64,000 nucleotides of DNA from Tolypothrix carrinoi HA7290-LM1 (GTDB taxonomy: Bacteria > Cyanobacteriota > Cyanobacteriia > Cyanobacteriales > Nostocaceae). How positions within the stretch are numbered: position 1 is the stretch's first letter; the number at the start of each line of letters is the position of its first letter. The stretch covers positions 1-64,000 of the forward strand of contig JAHHIK010000012.1 of NCBI GenBank assembly GCA_019358935.1, given 5' to 3'. A program made the translations under genes and the position numbers. A model generated the notes under the pieces. The model made no database searches. It was not told where the DNA came from and worked only from the letters and a program-made list of their open reading frames with translations. Of this stretch, positions 16,768 to 27,791 are shown in pieces.

Positions 16768-17979
16768 ATGACTTTAAAAATACGCCTAGGTCAATGGAGC
16801 ATCTTTTTTTCTTTAATTTTCTGTGTAGCTACTTTCATCGTCTCATGTAACAATATAATCTCTCCTCCTCAGAAATTAGCAGATGCAAAAACTTGCCTGC
16901 AAAACTATAATCCAAATATTGATTACTTCCCAAAAAAGTTGACAGTCAATTACGCCATCGGTTTTACTGTAGAATATCAGAAAAACTATAAAGTTATCAC
17001 CGTAAAAAATCCTTGGCGCGATGCTAAAACTAGTTTTCAATATGTTTTAGTAAAATGTGGGACACCTGTACCAGCAGGGTTTGATAAAAGTCAAATAATT
17101 ACTGTTCCCGTGAATTCGGCTATCTCGCTTTCCACAACTCATTTACCTCACTTTGCTAAATTAGGAATAACCGATAAACTACTTGCTGTCAGCGATACTA
17201 AAAAAGTGAATACACAAGCAGTAGTTGAAAATATAAAAGCAGGAAAAATTGCTGAAGTCGAGAGTAATGGTAATTTGAATATTGAGCGAGTTTTAGAACT
17301 TAACCCTGATGTAGTGATAACGTATGGTACAGGGAATCCTCAAACAGATAGTCATCCCAAATTGTTAGAAGCAGGTTTAAAAGTAGCGATAAATGCTGAG
17401 TATATGGAAACTTCTCCGTTGGGACATGCGGAATGGTTAAAGTTTACGGCTTTATTGTTTAATAAAGATGAGATTGCAGAGAAAGTTTTTCAGGAGACAT
17501 CGCAAAAATACAAAACTGTAGCTGCAAAAGTAAAATCTCTCAAAAAACGTCCCACCGTCTTTACTGGATTTAACTTTAAAGGGACTTGGTATGCACCAGG
17601 ATGTAAAAGTTATGTAGCCAAATATTTAACTGATGCAGGTGCTGATTATCTTTGTGTAGATAATTTCTCTGGTAGTATACCTTTATCGTTTGAAGATGTA
17701 TTTGCACGCGCTATCAAAGCAGATTATTGGTTAAATGTTAGTCAGTCATGGCAAAGTTTAAAAGATGCAATAAGCGAAGATAATCGCTATGGAGAATTCA
17801 ACGCAGTTAAAAAGGGTAATGTTTATAATAATAACCTTCGCGTGAATTCTAATGGGGGTAATGACTATTGGGAAAGTGGAACCAGTAACCCCGATGTAGT
17901 TTTATCCGATTTAGTCAAAATTATGCATCCAGAACTATTACCAAATCATCAACTAATTTATTACCAAAAGCTGAATTAA
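16768..17979 (+). CDS. ABC transporter substrate-binding lipoprotein (BtuF/iron-chelate class)
   Basis: Lipobox VSC; EYMETSPLGHAEWLK; NDYWESG. Confidence 0.88.
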   Translation: MTLKIRLGQWSIFFSLIFCVATFIVSCNNIISPPQKLADAKTCLQNYNPNIDYFPKKLTVNYAIGFTVEYQKNYKVITVKNPWRDAKTSFQYVLVKCGTPVPAGFDKSQIITVPVNSAISLSTTHLPHFAKLGITDKLLAVSDTKKVNTQAVVENIKAGKIAEVESNGNLNIERVLELNPDVVITYGTGNPQTDSHPKLLEAGLKVAINAEYMETSPLGHAEWLKFTALLFNKDEIAEKVFQETSQKYKTVAAKVKSLKKRPTVFTGFNFKGTWYAPGCKSYVAKYLTDAGADYLCVDNFSGSIPLSFEDVFARAIKADYWLNVSQSWQSLKDAISEDNRYGEFNAVKKGNVYNNNLRVNSNGGNDYWESGTSNPDVVLSDLVKIMHPELLPNHQLIYYQKLN

Positions 17980-18065
17980 CTCTCTTCTCTGCGTTCTCCG
18001 CGTCCTCTGCGGTAGCCTGCGGCAAGCCACTTTGTGTCTACGTTTTCCTAATTATCAACAACTCA

Positions 18066-19136
18066 ATGACGAAAATAAATAAGAAAATAAAAAATAACTT
18101 TCAAACCCATATCCCTTTAATATTTATCACTTTAACTGCCATATTAATTCTTGCCTTTCTACTCGATATTGCCTTTGGTTCCGTCCAAATTCCGCTCAAA
18201 GAAGTCATCACCATCTTACTTGGTGGAGAAACTTCCCAACCCACCTGGACAAATATTATCCTCAAATTTCGTTTACCTAAAGCATTAACTGCAACCTGTT
18301 CTGGTGCTGCTTTAGGTGTCAGCGGTTTACAAATGCAAACATTATTTAGAAATCCATTAGCTGGACCATTCATATTAGGAATTAGTTCTGGTGCTTCCTT
18401 GGGAGTCGCTTTAGTTCTCCTCACCGTTAGCGCAACTGGTGGAGGTTTATTATTCAAAAATTCCGGGATACTCGGTGATTTAAGTTTAGTAATAGCTGCT
18501 TCTTTTGGTGCTGCTGTCGTGTTGGGAATGGTGTTAATTGTCTCCCAGCGGGTATCAGATACAATGACGTTATTAATTTTAGGATTATTATTTGGTTACG
18601 CAACTTCTGCCATTGTGAACATCTTACTAAATTTTAGCGATCGCACTCAAATTCAAAGCTACTTAATCTGGACTTTTGGTAGTTTTTCCGGTGTCACTTG
18701 GAGACAACTAACAATCCTTATACCCATAATCATTTTCGGTTTATTAATAGCATTATTGCTATCTAAACCTTTGAATGTTCTAATTTTAGGCGATACCCAT
18801 GCTCTCACTCTCGGTTTAACTGTCCAACAAGCACGATTCTGGATTATTACCAGTGCCTCTATCTTAGCAGGAGCGATTACCGCTTTTTGCGGTCCTGTGG
18901 CATTTTTAGGTGTAGCTGTTCCTCACTTATGTCGCAGTCTATTAAATACTTTAGACCATCGGGTGTTGGTTCCAGCAGTCACAATTATGGGTGCAATTTT
19001 AGCATTAATTGCAGATTTACTAACGCAATTTCCCGGAAGTCAAACAGTTTTACCTTTGAATTCAGTTACTGCTTTAATTGGTACACCAGTAGTAACGTGG
19101 GTGATTTTGCATCGTAATTCGCGATCGCACTTGTGA
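18066..19136 (+). CDS. FecCD/BtuC-family ABC permease
   Basis: RLPKA, MQTLFRNPLAGP and FCGPVAFLG motifs. Confidence 0.9.
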   Translation: MTKINKKIKNNFQTHIPLIFITLTAILILAFLLDIAFGSVQIPLKEVITILLGGETSQPTWTNIILKFRLPKALTATCSGAALGVSGLQMQTLFRNPLAGPFILGISSGASLGVALVLLTVSATGGGLLFKNSGILGDLSLVIAASFGAAVVLGMVLIVSQRVSDTMTLLILGLLFGYATSAIVNILLNFSDRTQIQSYLIWTFGSFSGVTWRQLTILIPIIIFGLLIALLLSKPLNVLILGDTHALTLGLTVQQARFWIITSASILAGAITAFCGPVAFLGVAVPHLCRSLLNTLDHRVLVPAVTIMGAILALIADLLTQFPGSQTVLPLNSVTALIGTPVVTWVILHRNSRSHL

Positions 19137-19336
19137 ATTATATAAGTTAGGACTTACGCTGTTAGACCTCTCAAAATCTTATTCCTTCGTGTCTTTCGTG
19201 TCTTCGTGGTTCGTTACTTCCTGAAGGAGTGCGTAAGTCCTATAAGTAATAATATTGCAAATTATAAGAAGATTATTAATGGTGCGTTAAACTACCCTTC
19301 GGGAACGCTAAGAGCGAACGTTATAACGCACCCTAC

Positions 19337-20215
19337 TTATTCTCCTCGTTTTAAAGACCGAAAAATTCTTGCGGAATTCCTGACAGTATTTGGACGAGTC
19401 AAAATTCCTTGAGAGGGACTCAATAGCAACGCTAGAACAAATAAACTAGAAACGACTAATACAATCGCTGCTCCTGATGGCACATTTAAATAGTAGCTGA
19501 TATACATCCCCGCTATACTGCTAATTATACCAATAATTGCTCCTAACATCATCATTTGGTGTAATTCTTTAACTAATAAATAAGCTGTGATAGCTGGACC
19601 AATTAACAAGGAAACTACCAACACCACACCCACAGCTTGCATACTCGCAATGATAGTCAGGGTGATGGCAGAAATTAAACCAACGTGAATTAAGTTTACG
19701 GGTAATCCGATAGCTTGAGCGGCTAAAGAGTCGAAAGTGTAAAATAGCAACTCTTTGTAAAATAAGTTAACGCCCAGCAAAACGATCGCAGTAATAATTA
19801 AAGTCCGCCAAACATCAGATTCAGTAACTCCTAAAATATCACCAAAGAGAAAGTGATGTAAATCAAGTTTGCTTTTTAAGAGAGTAATTAGCATAATTCC
19901 CAATGCCAAAAACCCAGAGAAAACCATTGCCATCGCGACATCTACTTTGACACGCGATTGAGATTGAATCCAAGCAATAATCAAAGTACTAAGTGTACCG
20001 GAAATGAACGCACCCAGGAAAATATCAACACCGAAAAAAAAGGCGATCGCTAAACCTGGTAAAACTGCATGAGCAATTACATCTCCCAGCAATCCCATGC
20101 GTTGCACAATCAAATAACTACCGACAACTGAACACAAAATCCCCAACATAATCGCTGTAAATAGCGCATTCCGCATAAACTCAAAATCAAGCGGTTCTAA
20201 CAGCAAATTAAACAT
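19337..20215 (-). CDS. znuB: Zn/Mn ABC permease
   Basis: GDVIAHAVLPG, FLFGDIL; divergent from a Zur box. Confidence 0.85.
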   Translation of the reverse strand: MFNLLLEPLDFEFMRNALFTAIMLGILCSVVGSYLIVQRMGLLGDVIAHAVLPGLAIAFFFGVDIFLGAFISGTLSTLIIAWIQSQSRVKVDVAMAMVFSGFLALGIMLITLLKSKLDLHHFLFGDILGVTESDVWRTLIITAIVLLGVNLFYKELLFYTFDSLAAQAIGLPVNLIHVGLISAITLTIIASMQAVGVVLVVSLLIGPAITAYLLVKELHQMMMLGAIIGIISSIAGMYISYYLNVPSGAAIVLVVSSLFVLALLLSPSQGILTRPNTVRNSARIFRSLKRGE

Positions 20216-20413
20216 AAAATTAACCCTCTATAAAGTACATTTATATTAGATAAAACATCTTTTGCACCACACCACCGTCACCCTATAAGGGTGCGGCTAA
20301 ACGAACGAAGTCCGCGATTAGGCGGACTACAGAAAATTGAACGTTTTGAAGCCTGCGCTCGTCTGGCTTTGTACGTATAGCCCCAGGCTTCCAGCCTGAA
20401 GGCGATTTTTTGC

Positions 20414-21142
20414 TCAAGTTATTTCCCGTTGTAGCAAAAATACTCCATCTCCATAAGCTTCTTGAATATTATTAGTAGTAATTACCTCAGCGCGAGAACC
20501 ATCAGCAATAAGGGTTTTATTTAATAATAAAAATCTGTCATATCTTCGCGAAGTTTCACCTAAATCATGACCGATAACTAGCAAAGTTTTACCTTCAGAT
20601 TTCAATTCGTTAAAAACTTCAAAAATTATCGCTTCAGTTTTTTTGTCAACTCCGACGAATGGCTCATCAAAAAAGAATAACTCAGCTTGTTGAGCAAGCG
20701 ATCGCCCTAAAAATACTCGTTGCTGCTGTCCCCCCGACAACTCCCCAATTTGACGCTTTCGCAACTCCCACATCCCAACTCGCTCTAAAGCTGCTCTCAC
20801 TATTTCTTCAGATTGACGAGAGTGCGAGCGAAACCAACCTGTATGACGAGTCCGAGACATCATCACCACATTCTGCACTGTTATCGGATAGTCCCAGTCA
20901 ATTTGACTTCTCTGAGGTACATAAGCAACTTGTGCCAGATGCTGTTTCAAAGAACCGTTACGAAACTTAACTATTCCACTTTCACAGGGAATCAAGCCCA
21001 GAATTGCCTTTACCATCGTGCTTTTACCCGCACCATTCGGACCTATCACACCGACGATTTGCCCAGGTTCCAAGCGAAAACTGACATCAGAAACCGCAGA
21101 AACCCCTCTGTAGTTGACAGCTAGATGACGAACTTCTAACAT
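20414..21142 (-). CDS. znuC: Zn/Mn ABC ATPase
   Basis: GPNGAGKST, LSGGQQQR, DEPF. Confidence 0.85.
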   Translation of the reverse strand: MLEVRHLAVNYRGVSAVSDVSFRLEPGQIVGVIGPNGAGKSTMVKAILGLIPCESGIVKFRNGSLKQHLAQVAYVPQRSQIDWDYPITVQNVVMMSRTRHTGWFRSHSRQSEEIVRAALERVGMWELRKRQIGELSGGQQQRVFLGRSLAQQAELFFFDEPFVGVDKKTEAIIFEVFNELKSEGKTLLVIGHDLGETSRRYDRFLLLNKTLIADGSRAEVITTNNIQEAYGDGVFLLQREIT

Positions 21143-21157
21143 GATTATCCATGTGCA

Positions 21158-21172
21158 TGATAATCATTATCA
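21158..21172. promoter_or_regulatory. Zur box
   Basis: Perfect TGATAATCATTATCA between divergent znuC and znuA. Confidence 0.9.
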
Positions 21173-21204
21173 TAAACTCAAAAAATCGTCTACTGGCATC
21201 AAAA

Positions 21205-22215
21205 ATGTTAAAAAATCTACACATGAAAAGCATTGCTGTCTTGGCACTTAGCCTCGGCTTACTTGGATGCGAAGCTACACCGCCAACAAGTCAACAGAAT
21301 ACCACATCTGGTGATAACGCTTCTAGTGTTACCACATCCACCCCAGCATCTACATCTAGCGAACTTCCGTTAGTTGTGGCAACTAACACTGTAGTGTGTG
21401 ACTTAACCAAACAAATTGCTGCCGCTACCGTTAATCTCAAATGCTTGATTGACCCTGGTTCTGACCCCCATGTTTACCAGCCCAAACCAGGCGATCGCAA
21501 AGCAATAGAACAAGCTAAGTTGATTGTATACGGCGGCTATGACTTTGAACCTGAGTTGATTAAGTTAATTAAAGCAACTTCCAACCCAGCTACGAAAGTC
21601 GCAGTCGATGAACTTGCGGTTCCCAATCCGCAAAAGTTTGAGGAAGACGGCAAAACTGTCACCGACCCGCACGTTTGGCACAATGCCCAGAATGGGGCAG
21701 CGATGGCAAAAGTGATTGGTGACAACTTGAGTATATTAAAAACGGAAAATACTCAAATTTATAGTAATAATACGCAAAAGATTCTCGGAGAAATTAGCCA
21801 AATAGACACTTGGATTAAATCGCAAGTTGCCACAATTCCCCAGAAATCACGCAAGCTGATAACTACTCACGATGCTTTAGGTTATTACGCTTCATCTTAC
21901 GGAATTCCTGTAGAACAAGCCCTAGGAGGCATTAGTACTGAAGAAGCACCAACAGCAGCACGAGTAAGCGGATTAGTAAAAGACATCCAAAAAACTGGTG
22001 TACCAACGATTTTCGCGGAAACAACAATTAATCCCAAGCTAATTACAGCGGTAGCCAAAAACGCGAATGTTAAGGTTTCACCACGAGAACTATACGCCGA
22101 TGGTTTGGGTGAAAAGGGCAGTGAGGGCGAAACTTACCAAAAAATGTTGATTGCCAATACCCAAACGATTGTTGAGGGGTTGGGAGGCAAATACACCCCG
22201 TTTGCAGCGAAGTAA
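21205..22215 (+). CDS. znuA: Zn/Mn ABC substrate-binding lipoprotein
   Basis: LLGC lipobox, DPHVY, DPHVW, THDA. Confidence 0.85.
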   Translation: MLKNLHMKSIAVLALSLGLLGCEATPPTSQQNTTSGDNASSVTTSTPASTSSELPLVVATNTVVCDLTKQIAAATVNLKCLIDPGSDPHVYQPKPGDRKAIEQAKLIVYGGYDFEPELIKLIKATSNPATKVAVDELAVPNPQKFEEDGKTVTDPHVWHNAQNGAAMAKVIGDNLSILKTENTQIYSNNTQKILGEISQIDTWIKSQVATIPQKSRKLITTHDALGYYASSYGIPVEQALGGISTEEAPTAARVSGLVKDIQKTGVPTIFAETTINPKLITAVAKNANVKVSPRELYADGLGEKGSEGETYQKMLIANTQTIVEGLGGKYTPFAAK

Positions 22216-22271
22216 TTTGTAGTAAGCACTCGTGTGTGCTTAAAATAGGCGTTAAAACGCCTACTACGAAT

Positions 22272-23060
22272 TTAAGAACACAGCAACTCACCCAACCAAT
22301 TTTCGACTTTTAAACGCAAACGCGAGCTACGTTCATCCTTACGAGTGCTTAGGAGTGGTAGTTGATTTAAAGCACGGCGATAATCAGCGATCGCATAATT
22401 CCAATCGCCCCACAGATGATAAGTTCTGCCTCGTTCAGCTAAAATATGGTCTTCGAGTTGACCGAAAAGTAGTGCTATCTCAAAAGCGTCAATTGCTTCT
22501 TCGTATTGTCCCAAATCACGTAAGGTAATGCCTCGGTTAATTTGTGCCCGGACATGGCTGGGGTGCAAATCAATCGCCCGATCGTAGTCGGCGATCGCCG
22601 ATGTTAATTCTCCACAAGCTGCGTAGTAATTTGCGCGATTGTTATAAGCGCTAGCTAACTTGGGGTTGAGATGTAGTGCTTTGTTGTAATCCCAGAAGGC
22701 TTTTTGTCTTTCACCACTTTGAAAATAAATCAGCCCCCGGTTATTGTAGTCTACGGCATTGTGGGGATGACGGTTGATTAGTTGACTTAACAGGGCGATC
22801 GCTTCGGTGTAATCTCCGATTTGGGCTAATCTCAAAGCACAAGAGCGTAAGTAACTGTCTTTATTAGCAGATTCCCCGCTACTGTTAGCCTGATGCTGTT
22901 GAGCATAAATTGTGTTTTTTAAAACAGCTTTATTTAAGTAAGTTTGCTCACTATCAGATGCTAAAAATGGGTTTGTATTCATATTTTCCTGCCTGAGCCT
23001 CTTGCTCTGTAAGATCAACTTATAATTTTCTTGTGAAGAGTGGTTTCGTCCCTGTGTCAC
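22272..23060 (-). CDS. TPR-repeat protein
   Basis: Repeated AYNNRG...AIADY motifs. Confidence 0.85.
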   Translation of the reverse strand: MTQGRNHSSQENYKLILQSKRLRQENMNTNPFLASDSEQTYLNKAVLKNTIYAQQHQANSSGESANKDSYLRSCALRLAQIGDYTEAIALLSQLINRHPHNAVDYNNRGLIYFQSGERQKAFWDYNKALHLNPKLASAYNNRANYYAACGELTSAIADYDRAIDLHPSHVRAQINRGITLRDLGQYEEAIDAFEIALLFGQLEDHILAERGRTYHLWGDWNYAIADYRRALNQLPLLSTRKDERSSRLRLKVENWLGELLCS

Positions 23061-23482
23061 TTGTTAAGGTGTCTATGAGTACTTGGGTACAAGTATCTTT
23101 GAACAGGTGGGAGTGTTCGCCCTATACCAATAATTGATGCTTCAACCTGATAATAGATACGTCATCCCCTAGTCCAATTCCAGAAACAGCTTTCTATCAA
23201 TCCAATAGACTAGTCAACAAGTGAGAGCGACAACTTGGTAGAATGCCAACAAGCCATTCCGGTGGGACTGGCGGGTACTGGGGAATGTGAAAACTCCGAA
23301 TCGAACTTAAGAACCCTTCTTTTTCAACGGCTTTAGGCGAACCTAAAAACCTCGACGGTTTATTATTCCCAGAAAATTTGCGATCGTTCACATCAATGAA
23401 GAAATTTTTGCCAGAAAAGTAGAATTTTCTTTCCAGTACCCCATTTCTGAATCTGACTTTTAAGTTTTGAGAAGATTTTCTT

Positions 23483-23947
23483 ATGACAACTGCAATTTCC
23501 TACGCCAACGCTCCCGATTTAGTCGGTGATGATTACATCGTTATCGGCTTGGCTACGTGCTTCATCAAAGAAGATGGAGAAGTTCATCAAGTCGAAGTTA
23601 TAGAACCTATTCCCTCTGCGGCTTTAGAAGCGATTTTTAAAGGTATTCCCACTTCCTATAAGTTGGCTTGCGGAACAACTTTGGCATCTGTGTTAGACCA
23701 AGATACGCAATATTTACCAGATGGCTTTCCAGCCAACGCTCAATTTGGAGAGGAATTTGTGCCCAGAGCGTTTGCAGCTGCTCGCACTTACAAGCGTCGC
23801 GAAACCGCAAAATCCCTGATTCCTCTAGGTACAACTTATACAGAGTTCAAGTATTCCACCGAGCGGAAGCGGGTACTAAATGCCAAACGAGTTGTTAACA
23901 AGGAAGATAACGTTAAACAACATTCCCACACGCACAAAGTTCTTTAA
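23483..23947 (+). CDS. Conserved cyanobacterial hypothetical protein
   Basis: DDY.VIGLATCF...EPIPSA...DNVKQH; protein-like composition. Confidence 0.75.
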   Translation: MTTAISYANAPDLVGDDYIVIGLATCFIKEDGEVHQVEVIEPIPSAALEAIFKGIPTSYKLACGTTLASVLDQDTQYLPDGFPANAQFGEEFVPRAFAAARTYKRRETAKSLIPLGTTYTEFKYSTERKRVLNAKRVVNKEDNVKQHSHTHKVL

Positions 23948-23959
23948 TTTTTGGTGATT

Positions 23960-24512
23960 ATGTTGAAGCTTTACGGTGGCGATCGCAGTCGCGCATCAAT
24001 TGTCAAGTGGTATCTAGAAGAATTAGGTGTTCCCTACGAATTTGTCAAGCTTGATATGCAAGCTGGAGAACACCGTCAGCTTTGAATTTCTCGCAATCAA
24101 TCCGATGGGCAAAGTCCCGGCAATTGTAGACGGAGATTTTCAGCTTTGGGAATCAGGAGCAATTTTGCTGTATCTCGCCGAAAAGTATGGCAAGCCACCT
24201 TCAGTAGAGGAACGCGCAATAATTGCCCAGTGGGTGTTATTTGCTAATTCCAGCTTGTTTGCAGGAGTTTTTGTCGAAGCTAATCGAGAGCGAGAAATGC
24301 CGCGCTTGATGACTCCCCTGAATCAAATTCTAGAGCAGCAACCTTTCATACTAGGTAACGAATTCACCGTTGCTGATGTAGCAGTCGGTTCTATTCTGGG
24401 TTACATTCCCATGATGCTCAAATTAGATTTGAGCGCTTACCCAGCTGTATTGAACTACATCAAGCAGATAAACGAACGTCCAGCATTTCAAAAAAGCATC
24501 GGGGGTGGATAG
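23960..24512 (+). pseudogene. Glutathione S-transferase with a +1 frameshift near 24081-24083
   Basis: MLKLYGGDRSRASIVKWYLEELG...EHRQ continues as EFLAINPMGKVP in another frame; may be a sequencing error. Confidence 0.8.
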
Positions 24513-24626
24513 TGGTTAGTTGTTAGTGGTTAGTTGTTATTGGGAGCGTGGGAGCGTTGCGAAAATTTACCACTGCCCACTATCCACTAACTACTATCTA
24601 CGCTCCCACGCTCCTCCCAACTTTAT

Positions 24627-25118
24627 TTACCGATAGTTCGTAAATTGTAGAGCCACCGGGTAGTCTTCTTGCTTCAAGCGCTGAATCACTGTTTGCAAGT
24701 CATCTTTATTTTTAGCGCTAACTCGTACAGCGTCACCTTGAATTGACGCTTGTACTTTTTTGAATTCGTCACGAATCAATTTAGAAATTTGCTTGGCAAT
24801 TTCCTGGCTAATGCCTTTTTGGAGTTTGATTTCTTGACGGACGCGGTTTCCGCTGGCTGATTCAACTTTGCCAAAATCAAAGATTTTTTGAGAGAGACTG
24901 CGCTTGGCGGCTTTTTCGCGCAGGATGGTGTGTACAGACTCTAAGGTAAACTCGCTGTCGGTGCCGATGGTAATGTTGTCTTCGTTCAATTCGACAGTAG
25001 TTTGAGAGTCTTTAAGATCGTAACGGCTTTTAACATCTCGGACAACTTGATCGACGGCGTTGACCAATTCTTGTCTGTCAAAATCGCTGACAATATCAAA
25101 GGAATAGGTAGAAGCCAT
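24627..25118 (-). CDS. yajQ: YajQ-family nucleotide-binding protein
   Basis: SFDIVS...NAVDQ...[11 protein letters not shown]...LQFTNYR. Confidence 0.92.
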   Translation of the reverse strand: MASTYSFDIVSDFDRQELVNAVDQVVRDVKSRYDLKDSQTTVELNEDNITIGTDSEFTLESVHTILREKAAKRSLSQKIFDFGKVESASGNRVRQEIKLQKGISQEIAKQISKLIRDEFKKVQASIQGDAVRVSAKNKDDLQTVIQRLKQEDYPVALQFTNYR

Positions 25119-25127
25119 AGAACATTT

Positions 25128-25280
25128 TGGATTGGGAATTGGTAATTGGGCATGGGACATTGGGCATGGGGCATTGGGCAATGGGCATTGTGAATTGGGC
25201 ATTGGGCATTATGAATTGGTAAGAAGAGAAATTCTTTCCATGCCCCATGCCCCATGCCCCATGCCCCATTACCCATTACC
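25128..25280. repeat. STRR heptamer repeats (GGGCATT / CCCCATG)
   Basis: Directly visible; similar tracts near 5445-5475, 25670-25730, 31043-31092, 34000-34155 and 58968-59220. Confidence 0.9.
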
Positions 25281-25671
25281 CATTAACTTGAATGATGCTG
25301 AGGGCGAAAAGAGTACCCCAGCTGAGGGAGCCAACAGCAAACATGAGCGATCGCATTAGGGGTATATTCAAAATATAAAAGATTGAGTATAGCAACCGAG
25401 CCGCAACAAAGGCGATCGCTGCGACTACTGCGATAGGAGAATTCACACCCGTTACGTATGCCATCAAAGCTGCGGCAGCAAAAATCATAAATCCTTCAAA
25501 AGAATTTTGATGTGCCCAAGTAGCTCTTTGTCCGTAGGGTGGTAGTTTGTCAAACATAGCGCGGGGAGCAGATTGATCGTATCCCACACGCATACGAGCA
25601 TAACCCACTACCAAAAACGGCAGATAAATTAGCACCGCAGCGGCTGCGATAGAGTACAAAAAAATAGTCAT
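25276..25671 (-). CDS. MAPEG-family membrane protein
   Basis: RATWAHQNSFE; several transmembrane helices. Confidence 0.88.
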   Translation of the reverse strand: MTIFLYSIAAAAVLIYLPFLVVGYARMRVGYDQSAPRAMFDKLPPYGQRATWAHQNSFEGFMIFAAAALMAYVTGVNSPIAVVAAIAFVAARLLYSIFYILNIPLMRSLMFAVGSLSWGTLFALSIIQVNG

Positions 25672-25767
25672 TGGTTATTGGTCAATGGGCAATGGTCATT
25701 AGTCATTCGTCAATGGTCATTGGTCAAAAACAAACATACCAACGACACTTGTACAAATAACTAATGA

Positions 25768-26271
25768 CTAATCAAAGTAGAACAGCGTCACCACTTTTCT
25801 TTGTTCTTCTGCTTCACCACAAGTTTGCAACAAAGTGCGACTGTCGTGAAAAGCAAAACAAATTAATTGTTGGCAACGAGAAACTATTTCCTTGTTACAC
25901 AAGTAACTAGCTTCAGCAAGAGACAGATGATCGTTACTGGGATTTTCAACCAGATGCATTACCTGTTCTAATTGCTGTCGCGATTCATTGGGCTGGCGTT
26001 CCAAGCTTTGGGGTAGAATCACCGTTAATAAATTAGCATCAGCCCGCATTGCTCCCCGGATGGCAGCTGAATTTGTACCTGTAGCACCAGATGTGATGAT
26101 GCGATTCCCTGTTAAAACCAGGGCATAGGTCATCATCTCAATTAGGTTCTGATGCGTAATTGGGACGTGGCGAGAACCAAGCAAGGCGATTCGTTTAGAA
26201 CCTGTTTGCTGGATAGTTGCCAGTTCTTGGGCTAATGTATCGAGGTTAATAAGGTCTATGGACTGACTCAA
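25768..26271 (-). CDS. DprA/Smf-like Rossmann-fold (SLOG) protein
   Basis: IALLGSR, ITSGATG, CNKEIVSRCQQLICFAFHDS. Confidence 0.8.
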   Translation of the reverse strand: MSQSIDLINLDTLAQELATIQQTGSKRIALLGSRHVPITHQNLIEMMTYALVLTGNRIITSGATGTNSAAIRGAMRADANLLTVILPQSLERQPNESRQQLEQVMHLVENPSNDHLSLAEASYLCNKEIVSRCQQLICFAFHDSRTLLQTCGEAEEQRKVVTLFYFD

Positions 26272-26489
26272 AGATGGACAGAATCAGATTAAACAACCCA
26301 GATATTCTACCAAACAGAGTGTAGATACGAATCGGCTTGTGGTGAAACATTAATACAATTTTTTGCTTGCTGAATTTAATAGCTGGATGGTTTGGGTTCC
26401 CAGATCATCCTCAATACTTCATAGACAACGCCATTCAGGAGGATTTTACCTTCACTGCATTTACTCCTTGCTGACAAATTACACTAGTT

Positions 26490-27584
26490 TCACTGGATAG
26501 CCACTGCGGGATTTAAGCCGAGTTGAGACAACAAGCGGTTAATATCGAAATGTTCAGCCATCAATTGGCTAATGCAGTGAACTTTAATCGGTTCGTGGAC
26601 GCGCACTTGACCGAAAGTGCGATCAACAATTTCTACAGTGGTGAGGGTATCCAAATCAACTGACAAAATGGGGATTTCTAGTTCTTCAGCGCGATTGAGG
26701 ATGAAAGGGGGAGGTGGGAGTTGTCCGGTAAGGATAAGACATTGAGTGGAAGTTTCCAAAGCAGCTTGTTGAATTTCCACACGATCGCCTCCTGTAACTA
26801 CCGCCATATTTCGCCGTTTGCGGAAATACTTCACCGCCGAGTTGACATTCATCGCTCCAATTGCTAAACTCTCAACCATTAAATCTAGGCGATCGCGACC
26901 ACAAAGAACTTGGGCATTTAACTGCTTTACCAATTCGCCAACGCTAACACTGCGTAGCAAGTCGTTTTTCGGCAACATTCCCAGTACGGGAATACCTTGT
27001 TGTTCCAAAAACGGACGCAACTGAGCATCAACTTCTTCTATTTGGGTTCCGGGGATATCGTTGAGGACAACACCAATTAAGCGATCGCCTACACGCTGTT
27101 TCGCTCCTAACAGTGCCTCAACTGAAAGCAGCGATTTATAACGACATACCAACAACACAGCTGCATCAACAACATCAGCCACTTGCAGCAAAGACAAGTC
27201 AAATAAATTACCTTCTGACAAATTGCCAGGACCTTCCAACAATACCAAATCGCCGCCGAAAATTGGTAAATATTGCTGTGCTAAAGTGGCACGATAATCA
27301 GTTTTGTCTTCTCCACGCAAGCGTTTTTGTATAGCTACTTCATCTAAAGCAAGCATTGTCGGTGCAATTCGGTTTGAAGGTAAATTGAGGCTGTTGGCAA
27401 TAAATTGCACATCTTCCTCAACTACGCTTCCTTCAAATTCACTCAAACTTGTACCTAACGGTTTACCGTAGGCAATATCCAGTCCTTTTTGCTTTAGCAG
27501 ATGCGACAAACCTAAAACTGTGGCAGATTTGCCACTGTAACTTTCAGTTGAGCCAATGAGCAAATACTTAGCAGATTTTGGCAC
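26490..27584 (-). CDS. Phosphotransacetylase N-terminal (BioD-like/DRTGG) protein
   Basis: SGKSA, YGKP, VTGGDR, LILTG. Confidence 0.88.
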   Translation of the reverse strand: MPKSAKYLLIGSTESYSGKSATVLGLSHLLKQKGLDIAYGKPLGTSLSEFEGSVVEEDVQFIANSLNLPSNRIAPTMLALDEVAIQKRLRGEDKTDYRATLAQQYLPIFGGDLVLLEGPGNLSEGNLFDLSLLQVADVVDAAVLLVCRYKSLLSVEALLGAKQRVGDRLIGVVLNDIPGTQIEEVDAQLRPFLEQQGIPVLGMLPKNDLLRSVSVGELVKQLNAQVLCGRDRLDLMVESLAIGAMNVNSAVKYFRKRRNMAVVTGGDRVEIQQAALETSTQCLILTGQLPPPPFILNRAEELEIPILSVDLDTLTTVEIVDRTFGQVRVHEPIKVHCISQLMAEHFDINRLLSQLGLNPAVAIQ

Positions 27585-27791
27585 ACATGCACTCCTTATT
27601 TCAAAAGAAAGTAGAACCGAGCTAGATCCTAATTCTAGGTCGAAGTTCGCACTTCCCGGTTGCTACCAAACTCGTTGACTGAAGCGATCGCCCAAATTTA
27701 AAGGATACTTTCTAGCTTGAAATCCTACCTTTTTTGGGCGAAGTTGCTAAAACCGAGAATTATTGAATTATATTTAAGCGCTTTGCTTTGT

